50,252 nt of DNA from Chloroflexota bacterium (lineage in GTDB: Bacteria > Chloroflexota > Dormibacteria > CF-121): assembly GCA_005880395.1 (NCBI GenBank), contig VBHQ01000056.1, positions 1 through 50,252 of the forward strand. The letters run 5' to 3'. The translations under genes and the position numbers were made by a program. Below are positions 45,202 to 50,252 of this stretch, piece after piece. Position 1 is the first letter of the stretch. The number at the start of each line of letters is the position of its first letter. The notes under the pieces are model-generated. The model was not told the origin of the DNA and searched no databases. It was given only the letters and a program-made list of their open reading frames with translations.

Positions 45202-46374
45202 TCAAGCGACTCGCTGAAGCGTCTTGAGACGATCGGCCGCGCGCCGCAGCGTGTCCATCTTCTTTGGGAATGAGAAGCGGATCTGCTGCCGGCCGCGGGC
45301 GGGGTCGAGGTAGAAACTGCTTCCGGGAACGGTGGCCAGCCCGATGTCTTTGACCATCCGGTGCGCCAGCGCGACATCGTCCTCGCCGAAGCTGTCGATT
45401 TCGGTCATCACATAGTAGGCGCCGTCCGGCGGGTAAGCCTTGAATCCGGCGCCGTCGAGGATCTCGAGCATGAACTCGCGCCGCTCCCGGTAGGCGTTCA
45501 GCAGATCGATGTAGTACCGGTCGGGGAAGCGCAGCGCGGTGGCGGCGGCCACCTGCAGCGGATGCGGGGCGCCGACCGTGACGAAGTCATGCACCTTGCG
45601 AATCGCGTTGGTGATGTCGGCCGGCGCGATCGTATAGGCGAGGCGCCAGCCGGTCACGCTGTAGGTCTTGGAAAGCCCATTGATCGTCACCGTGCGCTCG
45701 CGCATGCCGTCGAGCGTGGCGATGCTGAGGTGCTCACCGCGGTAGACGAGGTGCTCGTAGATCTCGTCCGTGATCGCCAGCGTGTCGAACTCCTGGCAAA
45801 GGCTCCCGATGAAGCCAAGCTCTTCCCGGGTGTAGACCTTGCCGGTCGGATTGTGCGGGGTGTTGATGATGATCGCCCTGGTCTTGGCGCTGAACGCCTG
45901 GCGCAGCTGTTCCGGGTCGAAGCGCCAGTCGGGGGGCACCAGCGGAATCACGACCGGGGTGGCGCCCGAGAGGATGCAGTCCGGCCCGTAGTTCTCGTAG
46001 AACGGCTCGAAGATGATGACCTCGTCGCCAGGGTCGACGACGGCCAGGATGGTGGAAAGCATCGCTTCGGTCACGCCGCAGCAGACGGTGATCTCGGTTT
46101 CCGGATCCACGGCCATGCCGCGAAAGTGCCGAGTCTTGTCGGCGATCGCATCGCGCATCACCTTGGCTCCCCAGGTGGTGGCGTACTGATTGAAGTCCTG
46201 GCGGATGGCGTCGATCGCCGCCTCCTTCAACTCGCTGGGCGCGGCAAAATCGGGAAAGCCCTGCGCCAGGTTGACGCATTCGCTGCCGTGTTCCGCGAGG
46301 CAGAGCCTGGTCATCTCGCGAATCACCGATTCGCTGAATGCTCGCGATTTCTGCGAGGTCATGCCGCGCGACAT
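45202..46374 (-). CDS. Class I/II PLP aminotransferase (YbdL/kynurenine aminotransferase-like)
   Basis: NLAQGFPDF, NTPHNPTGKV, DEIYEH, SKTYSVTGWR. Confidence 0.92.
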   Translation of the reverse strand: MSRGMTSQKSRAFSESVIREMTRLCLAEHGSECVNLAQGFPDFAAPSELKEAAIDAIRQDFNQYATTWGAKVMRDAIADKTRHFRGMAVDPETEITVCCGVTEAMLSTILAVVDPGDEVIIFEPFYENYGPDCILSGATPVVIPLVPPDWRFDPEQLRQAFSAKTRAIIINTPHNPTGKVYTREELGFIGSLCQEFDTLAITDEIYEHLVYRGEHLSIATLDGMRERTVTINGLSKTYSVTGWRLAYTIAPADITNAIRKVHDFVTVGAPHPLQVAAATALRFPDRYYIDLLNAYRERREFMLEILDGAGFKAYPPDGAYYVMTEIDSFGEDDVALAHRMVKDIGLATVPGSSFYLDPARGRQQIRFSFPKKMDTLRRAADRLKTLQRVA

Positions 46375-46383
46375 CACCATAGA

Positions 46384-47562
46384 ATGCCAGAAGTGCCGGC
46401 CTCAACCGACCCGCAGAATGGCGCGCTGGCCTTCCGCCGGCAGTTCCCGATTTTCAACGACAAGATCTACCTCAGCAGCTGTTCGCAGGGCGCCCTCTCG
46501 TTGCCGGTCCAGGCGGGAATCGAGGAGTTCGTCGAGTCGTGGCATCGGTTCGGGAATCCCTGGGACGCCTGGGTGGAGCGCATGGAAGCCCTGCGCGTCG
46601 AGTTCGCCCGCCTGATCAATGCGCAGCCTGGCGAAGTGGCGGTCACCTTCTCGGTGTCGAACGCGCTGAACTCGCTGGCCAGCGCGCTCAATTATCAGGA
46701 CCGGCCGCGGGTCGTGACCAGCGACTTCGATTTTCCGACCGTCGGCCATATCTGGCTGGCGCAGCAGCGACGCGGTGCAGAAGTGGTCTTCGCCCGAGCC
46801 GAGGCACATCGCCTGGCGATGACCGCGTTCGAAGCGGTGGTCGACGCGCGGACGGCGCTGGTTTCGACCACGCATGTCTGTTACCGCAACGGATTCAAGA
46901 ACAACGTCAGCGCCCTGGCTGAGCTCGCGCACGAGCGCGGCGCCCAGCTGTTGATCGACGCATATCAGAGCATGGGCACCCAGCCGATGGATGTCAAAGC
47001 GCTCGACGTCGACATCCTGGTGACCGGCGCCTTGAAGTATCTGCTCGGCTCGCCGGGCGTCGCCTTCATGTATGTGCGACGGGAGTTGATCGAGCGGTTT
47101 GAGCCGAGTGACTCGGGCTGGTTTGCCCAGGAAAACGTCTTTGCGTATGACGTGCATCATCTGCGCTATGCGCCGGAGGCCCGGCGCTTCGAGACCGGGT
47201 CGCCGCCGGTTCCCAACGTCTATGCCACTCTCCCGGCGCTCCGCATGATTGCCGAGGTGGGGCTCGACACCATCGAGGAGCATGTCCGTGGCCTTGCGGA
47301 TCGCTTCATCGCCGGTGCGGCGGACCGGGGCTTCGAGCTGTTGACGCCCACGGCGCCTGCCGAGCGAGGTCCGCTGGTCATGCTCGGCGCTTCCGACGCT
47401 TCCCGTCTGCTCGAGGCGCTGGCAAGACAGGGGATCCTCTGCTCGACACGAGATGGAGCACTGCGCGTCTCGCTCCATTACTACAACAGTGCGGGCGATG
47501 TCGATGCGGTGCTCACCGCGCTGGACGGCCTGCCCGATCTCGTCTCCCACCAGCCGCATTAG
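46384..47562 (+). CDS. Class V PLP enzyme (kynureninase/cysteine desulfurase-like); start 46384 or 46393
   Basis: FRRQFPI, YLSSCSQG, DAYQSMG, GALKYLLG, FETGSP, RVSLHYYN. Confidence 0.88.
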   Translation: MPEVPASTDPQNGALAFRRQFPIFNDKIYLSSCSQGALSLPVQAGIEEFVESWHRFGNPWDAWVERMEALRVEFARLINAQPGEVAVTFSVSNALNSLASALNYQDRPRVVTSDFDFPTVGHIWLAQQRRGAEVVFARAEAHRLAMTAFEAVVDARTALVSTTHVCYRNGFKNNVSALAELAHERGAQLLIDAYQSMGTQPMDVKALDVDILVTGALKYLLGSPGVAFMYVRRELIERFEPSDSGWFAQENVFAYDVHHLRYAPEARRFETGSPPVPNVYATLPALRMIAEVGLDTIEEHVRGLADRFIAGAADRGFELLTPTAPAERGPLVMLGASDASRLLEALARQGILCSTRDGALRVSLHYYNSAGDVDAVLTALDGLPDLVSHQPH

Positions 47563-47589
47563 AAAGGGTTAGGTGTGGCCGCCTTCTGA

Positions 47590-47618
47590 TTGCTCTGCGT
47601 GGTGTAACCGTGTATAAA
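47590..47618 (+). promoter_or_regulatory. Sigma-70 promoter of the liv-type operon
   Basis: TTGCTC-N17-TATAAA; GGAGG RBS before ATG47668. Confidence 0.55.
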
Positions 47619-47667
47619 GAGCGCACCATTTAGGCACTCACAAAGGAAGAGGAGGTCGACAACGACG

Positions 47668-48870
47668 ATGGGGAAGCCAAGACTCATTGTCTTTGCCGCA
47701 TTCGCCAGCCTTGGGCTGGCCGCGTGCGGCGGAGGCGCCGGCAACAACGGCGGGGGAACCGCCAATAAGCCAGACAAAGTTCAGATCGCGGCCGAGGGAC
47801 CATTTACCGGCGACCAGGCTTCGATTGGGGCCGGCGCCCTGCAGGCAATTCAACTCGCCGTGAAAGACTTCAACAACCAGGGCGGCGTGAACGGCACCAA
47901 GGTCAGCCTGCTTGTTTGGGACGACCAACACAATGCCCAAACGGCGCAGACGCTTCAGGCGCAGGGCATCTCGGATCCGACCGTGCTCGGCATCGTCGGG
48001 CCGATGAACTCGGGCGTCGTCCTCGGCTCGGTCCAGGGCCTGCAGAACGCGAGCCCGCCGCTGCCCTTGGTCAGCGAGTCGGCCTCGAACGTCAAGGTGA
48101 CCGATTCTGGCAACAGCGTCGCGCATCGGGTCAACGCCCGTGACGACGCCCAGGGCCCGGCGGACGGCAAGTTCATGATCGATCAGGGCGCCAAGAAGGT
48201 CTTCGTGATGGACGCAAAGTCCGACTACTCGACGGGACTCGCCGACCAGACGCAGCAGTATCTGACGGCCCACAACATCCCGACGCAGCGCGACAGCGCC
48301 AAGGCGGGGCAGACCGACTTCGGCACGATCATTACCAAGATCAAGCAGTTCGGCGCCGACTGGGTCTACTTCGCTGACGAGGGTCCGGAGACTGCACCGT
48401 TCGTGTCCCAGATGAAGCAGCAGAACCTGAACATCGGACAGAACATCCAGTTCCTGGGCACCGATGGCGAAGAGGATCCGTCGATCATCACCAAATCGCA
48501 GGGGGCGTATGACGGCGCATATGCCACCAACATCACGGCTGACCCGGCGGGCCTGACATCAAGCGCGGCGACGAGCTATGTCAATGAGTTCAAGTCAGCC
48601 TATGGTTCCGACGCCGTCAGCAAGGCCGGCCCGTTCTATGGCTCGGCCTATGAAGCGGCCCAGGTGCTGCTGCAGGCGATCAAGAACTCGCCGGTCAAAA
48701 ACGGCAAGATTTCCCGCAATGACGTCATCAACCAACTCGGCAGCGGCAGCTTCAGCACGATCTTTGGCACGGTGAAGTTCAACTCGAAGGGTGACGTTCA
48801 GGGCGGCGGCATCTATGTGTACCAGGCGAAGGGAAGTTCGATGGTGGTCCTCAAACAAGTCTCCGGCTAA
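47668..48870 (+). CDS. Branched-chain amino acid ABC substrate-binding lipoprotein (LivJ/K type)
   Basis: Lipobox LAAC; GPFTG, LAVKDFN..GGVNG, GPMNSG, RDDAQG, F...GD. Confidence 0.9.
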   Translation: MGKPRLIVFAAFASLGLAACGGGAGNNGGGTANKPDKVQIAAEGPFTGDQASIGAGALQAIQLAVKDFNNQGGVNGTKVSLLVWDDQHNAQTAQTLQAQGISDPTVLGIVGPMNSGVVLGSVQGLQNASPPLPLVSESASNVKVTDSGNSVAHRVNARDDAQGPADGKFMIDQGAKKVFVMDAKSDYSTGLADQTQQYLTAHNIPTQRDSAKAGQTDFGTIITKIKQFGADWVYFADEGPETAPFVSQMKQQNLNIGQNIQFLGTDGEEDPSIITKSQGAYDGAYATNITADPAGLTSSAATSYVNEFKSAYGSDAVSKAGPFYGSAYEAAQVLLQAIKNSPVKNGKISRNDVINQLGSGSFSTIFGTVKFNSKGDVQGGGIYVYQAKGSSMVVLKQVSG

Positions 48871-48883
48871 AGGAGTAATAACG

Positions 48884-48914
48884 AAGGGGACGGGCGGCAA
48901 CCCGTCCCCTTTTT
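48884..48914 (+). terminator. Stem-loop between binding protein and permease
   Basis: AAGGGGACGGG-CGGCAA-CCCGTCCCCTT followed by TTT. Confidence 0.65.
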
Positions 48915-48921
48915 GACTGCC

Positions 48922-49836
48922 GTGGGATATTTCCTGGCGCAGGTCGTTAACGGACTCGAGGTGGGCAGCCTTTACGCGCTGGTTGCCCTCGGTTACACCC
49001 TGATTTACGGCATCCTCGAGCTCCTCAATTTCGCCCATGGCGACATCTTCATGGTCGGAGCGTTTCTCGCCGCGGGCGTCGCGGCGCTCCTGGTCCACAA
49101 TGAGGCCGCCGCCGTTCCCGCTGGGCTCCTTATCGGGTTGATGATCGTGGCGTCGATGGCAGGCGCAGGCGGCCTCGGCGTGGCCATCGAACGGGTGGCG
49201 TACCGTCCGTTGCGAAATGCCAACCGGCTTGCCCCGCTGATCACGGCGATCGGTGTGTCGCTCTTCCTCGAGAGCGCGGTCCAGGTCGGAATCAGCCCTG
49301 CCCCCGTCGGAGTCCAGACCCACGCCATCATCTCGCAGACCGTTTTTCACCTCGGATCGGTCGATACCCCCTTCAGCAAAGTGCTGCTGGTGGCCGTGGC
49401 CCTTGTCTTGATGGTCGGGCTGGACCTCTTCGTGTTCCGGACGCAATTCGGGAGCGCGATGCGAGCGACCGCGCAGGACCGGGAGGCGGCGACCTTCATG
49501 GGCATCGACGTCGACCGTGTGATCATGGTCACCTTCTTCGTCGCCTCCGCCCTGGCCGGCATGGCAGGGCTGCTCTACGTGCTGTCCTATGCGACGGCGC
49601 AGTTCTTTATGGGCTATCTCCTCGGCATCAAGGCCTTTACAGCGGCGGTGATCGGCGGGATCGGCAATATCCGCGGGGCGATGGTCGGCGGCCTATTACT
49701 AGGCCTGCTGGAGAGCCTGATCGGCGGCTACATCAGCACACAATTCCAGGACACGTTCGTCTTTCTTGGCTTGATCCTCGTCTTGCTGGTTCGGCCACAG
49801 GGACTCTTCGGCCAGCCATTGACCGACCGGGCATGA
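48922..49836 (+). CDS. livH: Branched-chain amino acid ABC permease
   Basis: GSLYALVALGYTLIYGIL.LLNFAHG, ERVAYRPLR, KAFTAAVIGGIG. Confidence 0.92.
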   Translation: MGYFLAQVVNGLEVGSLYALVALGYTLIYGILELLNFAHGDIFMVGAFLAAGVAALLVHNEAAAVPAGLLIGLMIVASMAGAGGLGVAIERVAYRPLRNANRLAPLITAIGVSLFLESAVQVGISPAPVGVQTHAIISQTVFHLGSVDTPFSKVLLVAVALVLMVGLDLFVFRTQFGSAMRATAQDREAATFMGIDVDRVIMVTFFVASALAGMAGLLYVLSYATAQFFMGYLLGIKAFTAAVIGGIGNIRGAMVGGLLLGLLESLIGGYISTQFQDTFVFLGLILVLLVRPQGLFGQPLTDRA

Positions 49837-50252
49837 GCGCGCAGCCCCAGGCCTTCGAAAGCGATCCCAGCCATCCGCTGAAGCGCTTTTGGGAATCGGG
49901 TCCGGCAGCTTGGAACGCTGCCCTTACCCGGCCGCAGGTGCTGATTCCCTTCTTTGTGCTTGCTGCGCTGGTGCCCCTGGTCTTGCAGTACATCGAGGAC
50001 AACTCGAGCTGGATCGGCGCGCAGTACTGGACCCTGATCCTGGCCAGCTGCGCCATGTATGCATGCCTGGCGGTGGCCCTGAACCTGGTCGTCGGCTACG
50101 CCGGGCTGTTGAACTTGGGATTCATCGCCTTCTTCGGCATCGGCTCCTACGCCTATGCCCTGGTCGCGAGTGACCAGCTGCAACAGCACTATCCGCTTTG
50201 GGCCGCGCTGTTGGTCGTGGTTATCGTGACGCTGGCTTTCGCACTGCTCGTC
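49833..50252 (+). CDS. livM: Branched-chain amino acid ABC permease, truncated by the window end
   Basis: ATGA overlap; ALNLVVGYAGLLNLGFIAFFGIGSY. Confidence 0.88.
   Translation, partial: MSAQPQAFESDPSHPLKRFWESGPAAWNAALTRPQVLIPFFVLAALVPLVLQYIEDNSSWIGAQYWTLILASCAMYACLAVALNLVVGYAGLLNLGFIAFFGIGSYAYALVASDQLQQHYPLWAALLVVVIVTLAFALLV

Noticed and set aside
45361-46383. 733-aa ORF as one large protein
   Set aside because: The first ~340 codons are the antisense shadow of the class I aminotransferase; homology begins at 46384
1-50252. CRISPR arrays, tRNA/rRNA, IS elements, prophage or defence island
   Set aside because: No spaced repeats, cloverleafs, transposase/integrase motifs or obvious compositional shift seen by eye; the PLD and sirtuin look like housekeeping types in housekeeping context

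Overview
High-GC bacterial DNA, densely coding, with no rRNA, tRNA, CRISPR array, integrase or transposase seen. Gene content suggests a Terrabacteria soil lineage, possibly Chloroflexota/Ca. Dormibacterota-like (inference only). Main blocks: (1) an enoyl-CoA hydratase tail and a secreted CocE/NonD hydrolase facing an actinobacterial-style Mce operon (2 YrbE/MlaE permeases, 1 ATPase, 6 MCE subunits) that ends in an MMPL/RND transporter; (2) an ECF sigma/ZAS anti-sigma/ABC exporter unit whose sigma is split by an in-frame TAG; (3) a reductive pyrimidine catabolism operon with a TIGR03842-like F420-dependent LLM in place of a dihydropyrimidine dehydrogenase; (4) methyltransferase, LOG, PLD, degenerate CtaG, SCO1664/DUF3090, a candidate C-rich sRNA and a NarX/NarL-type two-component system; (5) AlkZ-like glycosylase, fumC, MOSC, amidohydrolase, cupin, MFS, PIG-L, NUDIX, a 20-aa K/R-rich micro-ORF, a LexA-box radical SAM/MBL nuclease repair locus, etfBA-PIG-L-sirtuin, two aminotransferases and a liv-type ABC operon. 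At least eight short segments appear to be missing from genes, most likely stripped assembly gaps. These create false fusions and frameshifts, so protein ends near the junctions are unreliable. All family calls come from motif recognition; no searches were run.
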